In this document: positions 35,860 to 45,156 of the stretch, piece by piece
How positions within the stretch are numbered: the stretch's first letter is position 1
How the letters are laid out: every line of letters starts with the position of its first letter
Origin: Candidatus Microgenomates bacterium
Lineage (GTDB): Bacteria > Patescibacteriota > Microgenomatia > Levybacterales > UBA12049
Assembly (NCBI GenBank): GCA_025451755.1
Contig: JANWJT010000018.1
Coordinates: forward strand, 1-45,156
Length of the DNA stretch: 45,156 nucleotides
Reading direction: 5' to 3'
Notes under the pieces: generated by a model
Told to the model about the DNA's origin: nothing
The model's input: only the letters and a program-made list of their open reading frames with translations
Databases searched by the model: none
Translations under genes and position numbers: made by a program

Positions 35860-36912
35860 ATGACCATTCTTTTCTTTTCCCGTTTATTTTATCCTCATAT
35901 TGGAGGGGTAGAAAAACATGTTTTGGAAGTTTCAAAACATCTAATAAAAAAAGGACATTTTGTAACTGTTTTAACAGAAAAATTCGAAAGAGATCTTTTG
36001 CATACCGATGAAATTAATGGCATTAAAATCTTAAGAATTGATGTTGGTAATGATAACTTTTTTAAAAAGTTTAGAATTTGGAAAAATCTATTTAAATACA
36101 GAGAGTTAATTAAAAAATCAGACATAGTTCATGCGCATGATGTATTTTTTTGGTACTTTCCATTTAGATTTTTATATCCTTCGAAAAAAATATTTACAAC
36201 ATTCCATGGATACGAAGGAAACAAAATTCCCGGATTTAAACCAAAATTAATGCATAAGATTGCAGAAAAACTTTCAAAAGGGAATATATGCGTTGGGGAT
36301 TTTCTAAAAAAATGGTACGGGACAAAACCGGATTACGTCACCTGTGGTGCCGTAGAAGTATCGAGTATTAAGTATCGAGTATTAAGTATTAACAGAAATA
36401 AGATAAAATTTTTATTTCTGGGAAGACTCGAAGAAGAGACTGGAATAATGGAATATTTGAAATCTCTAAAAATACTAACAGAAAAAGGATATAAATTCAG
36501 TCTAGTTGTGCTAGGGGATGGTAGCTCAAGAAAAAAAGCAGAAATATTTACTAAGAATAATAAAATTAATGCAAAATTTAAAGGATTTGTAGAAAATATT
36601 GATAAATACTTGCAAGATTGCGATTTTGTGTTTACATCTAGATATCTTGGAATACTAGAAGCTCTCTCGTTTAAAAAATTTATTTTTGCACACTACAATA
36701 ATTTAATAAAAAAAGATTATTTAGAAATGGCACCTTTTGAAAAGTTTATATCTATCTCTGCAGGCTATAAACAACTATCATTAAGTTTTGAATATCTTTT
36801 AAAAGATATTCAAAAAAGAGAAAATATGATTAATAATGGGTTCGATTGGGTAAAAAATCAGACGTGGGACAAGGTAGCTACGACTTATTTAAAACTTTGG
36901 GAAATTGACTGA
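35860..36912 (+). CDS. Glycosyltransferase family 4 (GT-B)
   Basis: FYPHIGGVEKH, VHAHD, TFHG, FLGRL, LEAL motifs. Confidence 0.88.
   Translation: MTILFFSRLFYPHIGGVEKHVLEVSKHLIKKGHFVTVLTEKFERDLLHTDEINGIKILRIDVGNDNFFKKFRIWKNLFKYRELIKKSDIVHAHDVFFWYFPFRFLYPSKKIFTTFHGYEGNKIPGFKPKLMHKIAEKLSKGNICVGDFLKKWYGTKPDYVTCGAVEVSSIKYRVLSINRNKIKFLFLGRLEEETGIMEYLKSLKILTEKGYKFSLVVLGDGSSRKKAEIFTKNNKINAKFKGFVENIDKYLQDCDFVFTSRYLGILEALSFKKFIFAHYNNLIKKDYLEMAPFEKFISISAGYKQLSLSFEYLLKDIQKRENMINNGFDWVKNQTWDKVATTYLKLWEID
36357..36391 (+). repeat. Heptamer tandem repeat (AGTATCG/AGTATTA)x5 inside the GT4 gene
   Basis: Encodes VSSIKYRVLSI at the predicted interdomain linker. Confidence 0.85.
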
Positions 36913-36958
36913 TTTAATGCGACAGTTCTATCTAATTTGTGTATAATTTATCATCACT

Positions 36959-37645
36959 ATGAATAAAAAAGTTGTAACAGGAGAAGAAAAAAAGTGGAAT
37001 AATTACTGGGCAAAGAAAAAGACAAGAACTCAAGCATTTTATAAAAGTACTGCAAGTTTTTATAGAAAATTTATTATTAAAAAAGCATTAAATAAAATTA
37101 TTGAGGAGGAATTTAAAAAAGGATCAAAACTTTTGCATGCAGGTAGTGGAACGGGACAAGTTGACGAAGATATAATTCAAAAATATGATATAACCGCACT
37201 TGATATTTCGAAAGAAGCTTTAAAGTTATATAAGTTAAATAACGGAGATAAAGCCAAGCTTATTCACGCAGATATTTTTCATATTCCAGTAAAATCCTCG
37301 GTCTTCAATGGAGTTTATAACATGGGTGTTATGGAACATTTTACAAATGAAGAAAATATAGAAATACTTAAAGAATTAAAAAGAGTTTTAAAAAAAGACG
37401 GTAAGATTGTTCTTTTTTGGCCTCCAAGATTTGGAATTTCAGTATTCTTTTTAAACTCTACCCATTTTATTTTAAATGATATTCTAAGAAGAAACATCCG
37501 TCTTCATCCGGAAGAAATATCTCTTGTTCAATCAAAAAAGCAAACAAATGTGATATTAAGAAAGTCGGGGTTTAAATTAACAAAATTTTATTTTGGTCCA
37601 TTGGATTTTTTTACCCACTGTATAATTGTTGCTAAAATAGTTTAA
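36959..37645 (+). CDS. Class I SAM-dependent methyltransferase
   Basis: LLHAGSGTG, ALDIS, GVMEHF, RVLKKDG. Confidence 0.85.
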   Translation: MNKKVVTGEEKKWNNYWAKKKTRTQAFYKSTASFYRKFIIKKALNKIIEEEFKKGSKLLHAGSGTGQVDEDIIQKYDITALDISKEALKLYKLNNGDKAKLIHADIFHIPVKSSVFNGVYNMGVMEHFTNEENIEILKELKRVLKKDGKIVLFWPPRFGISVFFLNSTHFILNDILRRNIRLHPEEISLVQSKKQTNVILRKSGFKLTKFYFGPLDFFTHCIIVAKIV

Positions 37646-37769
37646 AGTAATTTTATTTTTCACTAATTATTATTTAAATAATTTATATCGTATATAAGAA
37701 TTTCATAAACATTTTCGTGTATCAGAAATTCTTTAGGAACTTTATGAAAAGCCAGAAAAAGAAAATTTT

Positions 37770-38561
37770 ATGAAAAAGTTTCACAACCCTTTCACAGTAG
37801 AGAAGTTTAGAGACAATCTTGCATCAAAGCTGAAATATGAAGAATTAGAAAAAAGTTACGTAAAACAGTACCCTGAGATAAAAGATCTTAATTCTCCAAG
37901 TTTTTGGGATTATTTGAATATTGATTCAAGGCAAACAAATACAAAGAATCCTATGGAAGAGGATAGGATAAATTCTGTAATAGACTTGATAAAAGGAGAG
38001 GACATCGTAGTATTAAATGTTGGATTTGGGTCAGCAAGTTTGGAGAGAAAATATTTTAAAACTCAAGATCCAGTAAAATTTCAGTGGGAAGGTATAGAAA
38101 TTTCTCCTAAGTCAATAAGGCAAGCGAACGAAGATTTACCAATGGGGAGGTTTAGAATGGGTAATATATCAAAGATGAATTTTCCCAACAGCCATTTCGA
38201 TTACGTTATTGCATTGGAGGTTTTAGAACATATTGTACCGAGCAAGATACTAGATTCGTTGCGAGAATTATTTAGGCTTGTTAAGCCTGGAAAGTTTCTC
38301 ATTGTTTCTGTGCCATTAAATGAAGGATTAGAGAAAATGGTTGCCCTAGGTCAAAATCCGAATGCACATGTTCGCGTATACACGTCGAATTTAATAAAGG
38401 CGGAGTTAATCATAGTAGGATTTAAGGTTTTAAAAGAAAAAAAACTTTTTGCATTTAACAACTTATATAAGTTAAAAACTTATGCGGCGAGATATGTATT
38501 TAGGGAGAGCTTTAAACATAACAATATCATACTTTATGCTCAGAAGCCTTTAGGCGATTAA
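37770..38561 (+). CDS. Class I SAM-dependent methyltransferase
   Basis: VLNVGFG, GIEIS, FDYVIALEVLEHI, LVKPG, SVP. Confidence 0.85.
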   Translation: MKKFHNPFTVEKFRDNLASKLKYEELEKSYVKQYPEIKDLNSPSFWDYLNIDSRQTNTKNPMEEDRINSVIDLIKGEDIVVLNVGFGSASLERKYFKTQDPVKFQWEGIEISPKSIRQANEDLPMGRFRMGNISKMNFPNSHFDYVIALEVLEHIVPSKILDSLRELFRLVKPGKFLIVSVPLNEGLEKMVALGQNPNAHVRVYTSNLIKAELIIVGFKVLKEKKLFAFNNLYKLKTYAARYVFRESFKHNNIILYAQKPLGD

Positions 38562-39505
38562 TTTTTTGGATTTTTATATATACTCTTTACCACGTATTTA
38601 GGCCGCTGCTTAACTTCTTCAAAAATTTTTCCTATATATTCTCCCAAAACGCTAATACCCAAAAGCTGAATTGAGCCAATAAACAATACAACAATAAGAA
38701 CAGTTGTAATTCCGGCTGGAGTATTTGGAACTAGAAAGCGAAGTATAATTTGCATTACTATTCCGAGTAATGCTAAAAAGAATACAAGCACAGATAGAAG
38801 TGTCATTAATTGAAGCGGAACATAGGAAAAGGAAAGAATTCCCTTTGTAGCCCACTGAAAATTCTTAAGAAAATTATTTGTAGTTTTTCCAAACATCCTT
38901 TCAGGTCTTACATAAGGAATTCCTGTTTGTTTAAAACCAACCCAAGCCCTTAAGCCTCGTAAAAATCTGTCTCGTTCGGGAAATTGTTTTAAGATATTAA
39001 ATACCTTTTTATCTATGAGAGAAAAATCTCCTGCGTCAAGGGGAATTTGTAAATAAGACATTTTGTGAAAAACCCTATAAAATAGTTTATAAGCAAATGC
39101 CGTTAGCATTGGTGCTTCTCTTTTTATCCTTACTCCGTATACAACGTCATAACCACTAATCCATTTTTTATAAAATTTTGTTATTATCTCTGGGGGATCC
39201 TGTAAGTCACCATCCAAAAAAACAATCGCATCTCCTGTTGCAATATCCATGCCGCTTGTAAAAGCCATTTGAGAACTAAAGTTTCTCGAATGGTTAACTC
39301 CTATAACTTTATGGTCTTTTTTAACTATCTCCTTAATGATATTTTCGGAATTATCCGGACTCCCATCATTTACAAAAATTATTTCGTAGTTTATATCTAT
39401 TTCCTTTAAGGTTTTTGTCAACCTTTTATACATGATTGGTATCGCTTGGGCATCTTTATAGCAAGCGATGATAGCAGAGATTTTTTTCTTGTTATTTTTT
39501 TTCAT
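38558..39505 (-). CDS. GT2 polyprenol-phosphate glycosyltransferase (GtrB/DPM-like)
   Basis: FVNDGSPD, SRNF, DGDLQDPP, GDFSLID, RFLRGL; two C-terminal TMs; GEYIGKIFEEVKQRPKY. Confidence 0.9.
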   Translation of the reverse strand: MKKNNKKKISAIIACYKDAQAIPIMYKRLTKTLKEIDINYEIIFVNDGSPDNSENIIKEIVKKDHKVIGVNHSRNFSSQMAFTSGMDIATGDAIVFLDGDLQDPPEIITKFYKKWISGYDVVYGVRIKREAPMLTAFAYKLFYRVFHKMSYLQIPLDAGDFSLIDKKVFNILKQFPERDRFLRGLRAWVGFKQTGIPYVRPERMFGKTTNNFLKNFQWATKGILSFSYVPLQLMTLLSVLVFFLALLGIVMQIILRFLVPNTPAGITTVLIVVLFIGSIQLLGISVLGEYIGKIFEEVKQRPKYVVKSIYKNPKN

Positions 39506-40002
39506 CTTTTTAAATTGATGTAATATGGCTTATCGTTTTTAAGCATTTTATTGACTAATTTGGGAATTTCTTTTGTGTTTTCGGGCCAATATGACTTAAT
39601 ATTTTTAAATACAGTCATTATTTCTTTATCTTCTTCCGCCCAATGAGAAATACCATCGTGAATGTAGTCTTTATTTCTCCCAGAGCCTATTAGCTTTACG
39701 GGTATCTCTTCGTAATTGAGGTAATTTCGTATTGTCTCAAAAGGTCGGTAAAGCAAAAAGGTCGTTATGGAATAAACAATAGGAATCTTTTTGCTTAAAG
39801 CAAGTCCCACTCCAATGCCAATAAGTGCTTGTTCAGCTGCACCAACATTAATAAATCGATCTGGAAAATCTTTCCTTACTCTATCCCACATTTTATATCC
39901 CAAGTCATTTACGATCACATAAATATTTTTATTTTTCTGCATTTTTTTATGTATGCAATCTGCAAAATAAGCTCTCATTAGGACTGTTTGCTGTTTTTTC
40001 AT
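39502..40002 (-). CDS. Transketolase-like pyrimidine-binding subunit (short, no C-terminal domain)
   Basis: DLG, FPDRFINVGAAEQ, RPFETIR, GISHW; only 166 aa. Confidence 0.82.
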   Translation of the reverse strand: MKKQQTVLMRAYFADCIHKKMQKNKNIYVIVNDLGYKMWDRVRKDFPDRFINVGAAEQALIGIGVGLALSKKIPIVYSITTFLLYRPFETIRNYLNYEEIPVKLIGSGRNKDYIHDGISHWAEEDKEIMTVFKNIKSYWPENTKEIPKLVNKMLKNDKPYYINLKR

Positions 40003-40757
40003 ATTAAAGATCCTCTCGCTTTCTCAAAATCCTTCTCTTTTAAAACATAATAATGAGCGTCCTGTCCTATTAAAAATGAAAATTGTTCAACTGATGTATA
40101 GGCAAACAAAACACTTAAGTTGCTATTATTCTCTTTTTTAAATGCTTTTATTATTGCTTTACTGTTATGGCCATCAACTTTTTTTATTTTATATCCAAAT
40201 GCTTTAATTCTTTTGACTAAATAGGGCAGATCTACGGTATTATAAGCTGACCAACCGTTTGCATTAATGATAATTTTTAGATTGTAAACTTTTTTTTCCC
40301 ATCCAATACGTAATGCTTCCCAAATACTTCCTTCGGTACATTCTCCATCGGAAAGCATGCAGTAAACATTCCTTTTTCTATCTGCAAGGGCTATCCCAAG
40401 TGCGATTGGTAGGCCTTGCCCAAGGCTTCCGGTGGACACATGAATGTCGTGAGCTATGTTTCTATCGGGATGGATATTAAGTTTTCTTATCGTACGTGTG
40501 TCATGAAAATATCCGTATTTTTCCAAAACTGCATACCATGCAATACCAGCATGTCCATTTGAAAGAATAAATTTCTCATCGCTCCTTTTTATTTTATAAA
40601 CAGCATTTATAAGATCTACGGCACTCAGACATGATCCCAGGTGGGAAAGATTAGAATCGAAAGATAGTTCCAGTATTCTCTTCCTGAGTTTTTTTTGTTC
40701 GCTTGTTAACTTTTTAGTAGAAAATTTATACACAGCTTTATAATTTGTAGAATTCAA
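39999..40757 (-). CDS. Transketolase-like N-terminal thiamine-diphosphate-binding subunit
   Basis: HLGSCLS, LSNGHA, TGSLGQG, SDGECTEGSIWEA...N, VDGHN. Confidence 0.88.
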   Translation of the reverse strand: MNSTNYKAVYKFSTKKLTSEQKKLRKRILELSFDSNLSHLGSCLSAVDLINAVYKIKRSDEKFILSNGHAGIAWYAVLEKYGYFHDTRTIRKLNIHPDRNIAHDIHVSTGSLGQGLPIALGIALADRKRNVYCMLSDGECTEGSIWEALRIGWEKKVYNLKIIINANGWSAYNTVDLPYLVKRIKAFGYKIKKVDGHNSKAIIKAFKKENNSNLSVLFAYTSVEQFSFLIGQDAHYYVLKEKDFEKARGSLI

Positions 40758-41694
40758 TGTTTTTTTTAAACCAAGAATAAGTGCTTTTTAATCCTTTGTC
40801 AATAGTATGGGTCGGTTCCCACCCAAGTGCTTTTTTTGCATGTGAAATGTCAGCTAACCAATGAGATGTATCCCAAGTTCTTTTAGGATATTCTCCTTTT
40901 TTAATTACTGTTTTTTCGTTTGTTACTTTAAATAATTTGCTTACTATCTCGTCATTTGTATGCTCGTTCCCGGCCCCGATGTTAAATATCTCTCCCCGTA
41001 TTTTTGATCCCAGACGGAGTGTTCGGAGGTATGCGTTACATACGTCATCAATGTAGATAAAATCTCTTCTTTGATTTCCAGGCGTGAGTTTTATGGGGTT
41101 TTTCAACAGAAGAGATATCATGATGCTTGGGATGAAGCGGGTTGGCTCTTCATAAGGTCCATACACAGAAAATGGCCGGAGCGTAACAATAGGTTTTTTA
41201 TTAAGCTGAGCAAATATTTTACAGATGTATGTTGTTGCGAGTTTTGTAGCCGCATAATAACTTGCTGGATTACATGAATCTGTTTCTGTCATTGGCAAAC
41301 TTTTATATCCATATTCTGAAGAACTTCCAGTATTTATAAAACACTTATATGAAATATTCCTAGATGCCTCAAGAAGATTTCTTGTTCCTTCGATATTTAC
41401 TTCAATAATTTTTTTAAAATCAGTTTGATAATAATATGCGCCAAAAGTTGCAAGATGAATAATATAATCCGGTTTTATTCTCAATAATAGACTCCGCAAT
41501 GGTCTTAATTTGGTAATATCTTCCTTGTGGATCGTGATAGAATGCGAAATAGCTTTTAGTCTCCATGGAAGATCATTGTCTCGGTTTAAAACATGAATAG
41601 AGTAATTGTTTTTCAAAAGAGCTCTTGTTAAATTTGCCCCTATGAATCCACTTGCGCCGGTTATAAAAACTCTTCTTTCATTTTTTTTATTCAT
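40738..41694 (-). CDS. NAD-dependent nucleotide-sugar epimerase/reductase (extended SDR)
   Basis: ITGASGFIG, GSSSEYG, YAATK, RPFSVYGP, RDFIYIDD; ATG 41694 preferred because the track start 41769 overlaps the divergent gene. Confidence 0.9.
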   Translation of the reverse strand: MNKKNERRVFITGASGFIGANLTRALLKNNYSIHVLNRDNDLPWRLKAISHSITIHKEDITKLRPLRSLLLRIKPDYIIHLATFGAYYYQTDFKKIIEVNIEGTRNLLEASRNISYKCFINTGSSSEYGYKSLPMTETDSCNPASYYAATKLATTYICKIFAQLNKKPIVTLRPFSVYGPYEEPTRFIPSIMISLLLKNPIKLTPGNQRRDFIYIDDVCNAYLRTLRLGSKIRGEIFNIGAGNEHTNDEIVSKLFKVTNEKTVIKKGEYPKRTWDTSHWLADISHAKKALGWEPTHTIDKGLKSTYSWFKKNIEFYKL

Positions 41695-41730
41695 ATAGTA
41701 AACTCTCTTGTAAGCTATTATATAATTGCT

Positions 41731-42627
41731 ATGAATCCAATACAATGCGCTCTGTGTGGTAAAGAGCAAAAAATAAAAGAACTTTATAGAAAAAATTTTA
41801 ACTTAAATAAAATAAACCCCTATATTTTTTCAGCAAGAAGACTGCCTGACAAAATACATTATCGTTTGGTGAGATGTAATAATTGCGGATTGATTTTTTC
41901 AAACCCAATATTACCATTTAAAAAAATTTCCAAACTTTACGCAAGAAGCACATTTGATTATAATATTGAATCGGAGTTTTTAAAAAAAACCTATAGTCAT
42001 TATCTTGAAAGCGTATTAGCAGGAAAAAGAAAACAAGAAATTAAACTGTTGGATATTGGCTGTGGGAATGGATTTTTTCTCGAGAAGGCAAAAGATATGG
42101 GGATAGGGCATGTGCAGGGAGTAGAGCCCGGAAAAGCTTCCCTGAGGAACGCTAGAGCAGATATAAAAAAAGTAATTAAAGTTAGTAATTTTCATGAAAG
42201 GCTATTTCCAAAAGAAAGTTTCGACATTATTTGTTGTTTTCATACTCTTGATCATGTTGTGGACCCAAACATTTTTCTTAAGAGCGCGTATGGAATGTTA
42301 AAAAAAAAAGGTAAAATATTTTTTATTGTTCACAACACAAATGCATTTTCTGTTAAGTTATTCGGCGAGAATTCTCCAATTTTTGATATAGAGCACATAT
42401 TCTTGTTCAACCCTAAAAGTTTAAAAAAATTATTTTACAAGAATGGATTGACAGATTTGAAAATATTTAACATTAAAAATACTTATCCTTTAAATTACTG
42501 GTTCAAGCTTTTCCCGATGCCCAGCTTATTTAAAGAAAATTTAATTAAGTTATTAAATTTTACGAAAATAGGCTTGCTTCCAATTAGCTTAAACGCAGGA
42601 AATATAGGAATTGTCGGAAGTAAGTAA
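41731..42627 (+). CDS. Class I SAM-dependent methyltransferase with N-terminal Cys pairs (putative Zn site)
   Basis: CALC...CNNC, LLDIGCGNG, GVEP, HTLDHVVDP. Confidence 0.85.
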   Translation: MNPIQCALCGKEQKIKELYRKNFNLNKINPYIFSARRLPDKIHYRLVRCNNCGLIFSNPILPFKKISKLYARSTFDYNIESEFLKKTYSHYLESVLAGKRKQEIKLLDIGCGNGFFLEKAKDMGIGHVQGVEPGKASLRNARADIKKVIKVSNFHERLFPKESFDIICCFHTLDHVVDPNIFLKSAYGMLKKKGKIFFIVHNTNAFSVKLFGENSPIFDIEHIFLFNPKSLKKLFYKNGLTDLKIFNIKNTYPLNYWFKLFPMPSLFKENLIKLLNFTKIGLLPISLNAGNIGIVGSK

Positions 42628-44362
42628 GATGTGTTTTAATGAAATAAATAACAAGTAAAGCAGCAGTTGTTAAGCTTAAAAAATTAGAAAATTTTGTTAT
42701 CTTGCTGTCAACGAAAGATACTTCTATTTTGTGTGTCCCCTTTTTCAGCTCGAATGTAATAATCCCCATGTGGTCTTGAGATTTATATTCAATATTTTTT
42801 TGATTTCCATCAATTTTAAGTATCCACTCAGGGAAATAGAAAGTATTTTCTTTTATCCTTGCATATTCTGATTTCACATCAGCAACATACATATGGCTAG
42901 TCGAAGTCCTTGATAGTAGTTTTATTTCTGCATTTCCATAGAGAATTTCTATATCGGCTGTTCGTTTCTTCATAGATATATTTTTATTTAAATTTGACCA
43001 AATTGGCGAAGAAGGTTCAAGGCCTACCGAAGGTCCTAATGGAGGCCATGTTTTGTTCTCTTTTATCAATGTAGCATCATTAATGCTTGGAATTGTTGTT
43101 CTATTTCCCCAATTTAGAATTGTGTAAAGAACAGTAATGGAGCAGAGTATGATAAAAAACGCTTTAATTTTCACAACTCTTACTACTATTGCAGAAAGAA
43201 CTGATATGCATAAAGATAAGGGAACCAACAGTCGAGCTGAAAACTGAAAAAATTTAAGAAAAGGCAATGAGTACCATAATGGTTTTGACAGGGATAATAT
43301 AAAGAATAGTAAAATAGCTAACACACAAGTAAAGAATAGAAACATTTTTCTTGTTCTTTTGTCATAAGATTTTCTAAAAAATAGAAAGAGACTGAAAATA
43401 ACTACAAATATCTGAGTGTAGCCGATGACATATGATAGTTCTCCCATATGTCCCTGAAAAAGAAATCCACTTCGCCATGGGGAATATAAAAGATCAACTA
43501 TTGAGGGAAATATTATAAATTGTTTATTTAAAGCTTGGGCGGTGAATTGTGACTCCGAAACAATGGGCAGCCAATAAAAACTTGAGAGCATAAGGCCAAT
43601 TAGTATCGAAACAGAATATTTTGCTAAATTAATAGCCGGAACTTTTATATTGGATCTAAACAAAAATAGCGCATACGATATCATGATGGGAAGAAATATC
43701 ATTGAAATAACTTGATGTGACATAATAAATAACGCTTCTACTATTGATAAGATAATTAGTAAGCTTGATCTGGGGGAAGAGATAATCTTTTTAGTTAAGT
43801 ATAGGCATAGGGGTAAAAAAAGATACGAAAGAGTTTGGGCTATAGTTACTTGAAAATGCATGTTTACTAGATGGAAAGGGGAAAAAAGGTAAAAAATTGC
43901 AGCTGTAAACCCTGCTTTCTCACCGAGCTCATCTTTAATAAAGAAATACATGAAAATACCCGATAAGATATAAGACACAGCCATTAAAAGCTTAAGACTT
44001 GCTAGGAATGAAAAACCGACAAGATGAAATAAAGAGCCTATAAAATAAGGTAAAAAATAAGAAAACATAAAATAAGGATCACCATACCCGGCATAAAATT
44101 CGGGTGCCCACCGGGGAATTATGTGTTCGTGAAATAAAATTTTAAAAAATGACATAGTCCTAACAGCATGTAAGGATAAATCTCCGCTTTGATATGTTCC
44201 AGCTCTTAACATGCTTAATAAAGGAAGGAGGGAAATCAGTATTAAAAGCATTAATAAATTTATTTTCTTTTTTGGGTATACAAATCTGTAAATTAATACT
44301 CCGGCAAGAAGAATAAAGCAGAATATAGTGTTTACAGCGACCAATTTGTAAGGCTCTAGCAT
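42584..44362 (-). CDS. Polytopic membrane protein, GT-C/YfhO-like (PTPS-related domain family)
   Basis: GDLSLH, PRW...GYGDP.F, SSFYWLP, FQF..R, C-terminal YFPEW...G.H.I.V.F. Confidence 0.7.
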   Translation of the reverse strand: MLEPYKLVAVNTIFCFILLAGVLIYRFVYPKKKINLLMLLILISLLPLLSMLRAGTYQSGDLSLHAVRTMSFFKILFHEHIIPRWAPEFYAGYGDPYFMFSYFLPYFIGSLFHLVGFSFLASLKLLMAVSYILSGIFMYFFIKDELGEKAGFTAAIFYLFSPFHLVNMHFQVTIAQTLSYLFLPLCLYLTKKIISSPRSSLLIILSIVEALFIMSHQVISMIFLPIMISYALFLFRSNIKVPAINLAKYSVSILIGLMLSSFYWLPIVSESQFTAQALNKQFIIFPSIVDLLYSPWRSGFLFQGHMGELSYVIGYTQIFVVIFSLFLFFRKSYDKRTRKMFLFFTCVLAILLFFILSLSKPLWYSLPFLKFFQFSARLLVPLSLCISVLSAIVVRVVKIKAFFIILCSITVLYTILNWGNRTTIPSINDATLIKENKTWPPLGPSVGLEPSSPIWSNLNKNISMKKRTADIEILYGNAEIKLLSRTSTSHMYVADVKSEYARIKENTFYFPEWILKIDGNQKNIEYKSQDHMGIITFELKKGTHKIEVSFVDSKITKFSNFLSLTTAALLVIYFIKTHLTYFRQFLYFLRLS

Positions 44363-44376
44363 GCTGATAGTCTAAG

Positions 44377-45156
44377 TTATTTAATTAGATAAAGATATAT
44401 AGGTTTGTCCGGATATACGGCAAGTAGTAAATAATTTTTGGGATCACACTCCTTAATTTTAAACTCGTTACAGAACCAATTGATATCTCCACCTTTTATA
44501 ATAAATTTTGTAAATCCTCTTAATCTTAGCTCACTAAGCGATCGTTCTTGTTTTAAGAAAATATAGTTGGTGTCCGCATATGAAAAATCTGCATATAGAA
44601 ACCCAGTTAAATTATGCACTGCAACGTAGTCAGTCTTATTTATATGTCTTTTAAATAAGTGATTAAAATCATAGTATGATGAGTTGTCCCGAGACAGAAC
44701 TCTAGTTAAGTATTTATTTTGATCAGCCCATCCAAGGCCATAAGGAACATTAAGAATCGCATTTAATAGGTAATAAGTTGCTAAAATAACCGATAAACCT
44801 ACAGTTAAATATTTAAATATTTTACTTTTTTTTATTCCAAACGCTAAGCCGCCTGATGCTACTAGAATTAATAAAGGATAAAGACCCAGCAGGTATCTTC
44901 CTAGGTAATATTGAATAAAAACGTACTCGATCAATAAGATCAGAGTGAATAGAATAATATCTTTGCTCTTAAATTTTTTTATGAAATATTTTATATTTAA
45001 GAGTACTACAAATAATCCCGCAAAAAACAAAGGACTTAGCTCTTTGAGATTATTAAAATCAAGAGCACGATAATTAAGTCCAACATAATTCTGCAGTCCT
45101 CCATTTGCATAGGTGTTAACCAAATTTGTGTCATTGGAAAACGCGGGATAAAATGG
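44377..45156 (-). CDS. C-terminal part of a polytopic membrane protein, probable GT-C glycosyltransferase (truncated by the window end)
   Basis: Frame is open to the window edge; TM segments, GRYLLGLYP motif, soluble C-terminal domain. Confidence 0.55.
   Translation of the reverse strand, partial: PFYPAFSNDTNLVNTYANGGLQNYVGLNYRALDFNNLKELSPLFFAGLFVVLLNIKYFIKKFKSKDIILFTLILLIEYVFIQYYLGRYLLGLYPLLILVASGGLAFGIKKSKIFKYLTVGLSVILATYYLLNAILNVPYGLGWADQNKYLTRVLSRDNSSYYDFNHLFKRHINKTDYVAVHNLTGFLYADFSYADTNYIFLKQERSLSELRLRGFTKFIIKGGDINWFCNEFKIKECDPKNYLLLAVYPDKPIYLYLIK

Noticed and set aside
35773-35860. tRNA-Val as an integration site of a mobile element
   Set aside because: No integrase and no duplicated tRNA 3' end seen in the window.
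35811-36011. 66-aa ORF in the track
   Set aside because: Overlaps the tRNA and the GT4 gene in another frame; spurious.
31641-36391. CRISPR array or DGR interpretation of the repeats
   Set aside because: Repeats are contiguous heptamers without spacers; no cas or reverse transcriptase gene in the window.

Overview
AT-rich bacterial chromosomal window, standard genetic code. Gene content and style suggest a Patescibacteria/CPR genome, probably Microgenomates (inference): minimal dcw cluster, type-2 IleRS, many GT-C membrane proteins, sortases, and in-frame heptamer inserts. Layout: (1) 1-7.4 kb, surface glycosylation genes plus a sortase/substrate pair. (2) 7.4-19.7 kb, a surface-fibre island. 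A DUF2292/YezD-like small gene precedes a + strand operon of Asn/Asp/Thr-rich ~85-aa-repeat secreted proteins with a sortase. It converges on a - strand SipW/TasA-like operon (VWA-TasA, TasA, SipW with a fused donor-strand-like tail, TasA-RTX, a further repeat protein). (3) 19.8-25.9 kb, mraY-ftsW-murG-mini ftsQ-ftsA-ftsZ. (4) 26-35.8 kb, LapA-like, NUDIX, a cohesin/dockerin pair, ileS, rodA, rplU, rpmA, parB, lepB, tRNA-Val(CAC). (5) 35.9-45.2 kb, a glycan modification cluster with split transketolase, epimerase, three methyltransferases, GtrB-like GT2 and GT-C proteins. The most striking unexplained signal: both fibre operons carry the identical 17-nt CTGACCGCAAACGGAGG in their 5' leaders, inside a hairpin whose outer stem differs in sequence but still pairs, each next to an intrinsic terminator. 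One copy lies just downstream of the DUF2292 gene. This suggests an undescribed RNA-element (anti)termination system controlling two extracellular fibre operons. All family calls are from motif recognition by eye; no searches were run.
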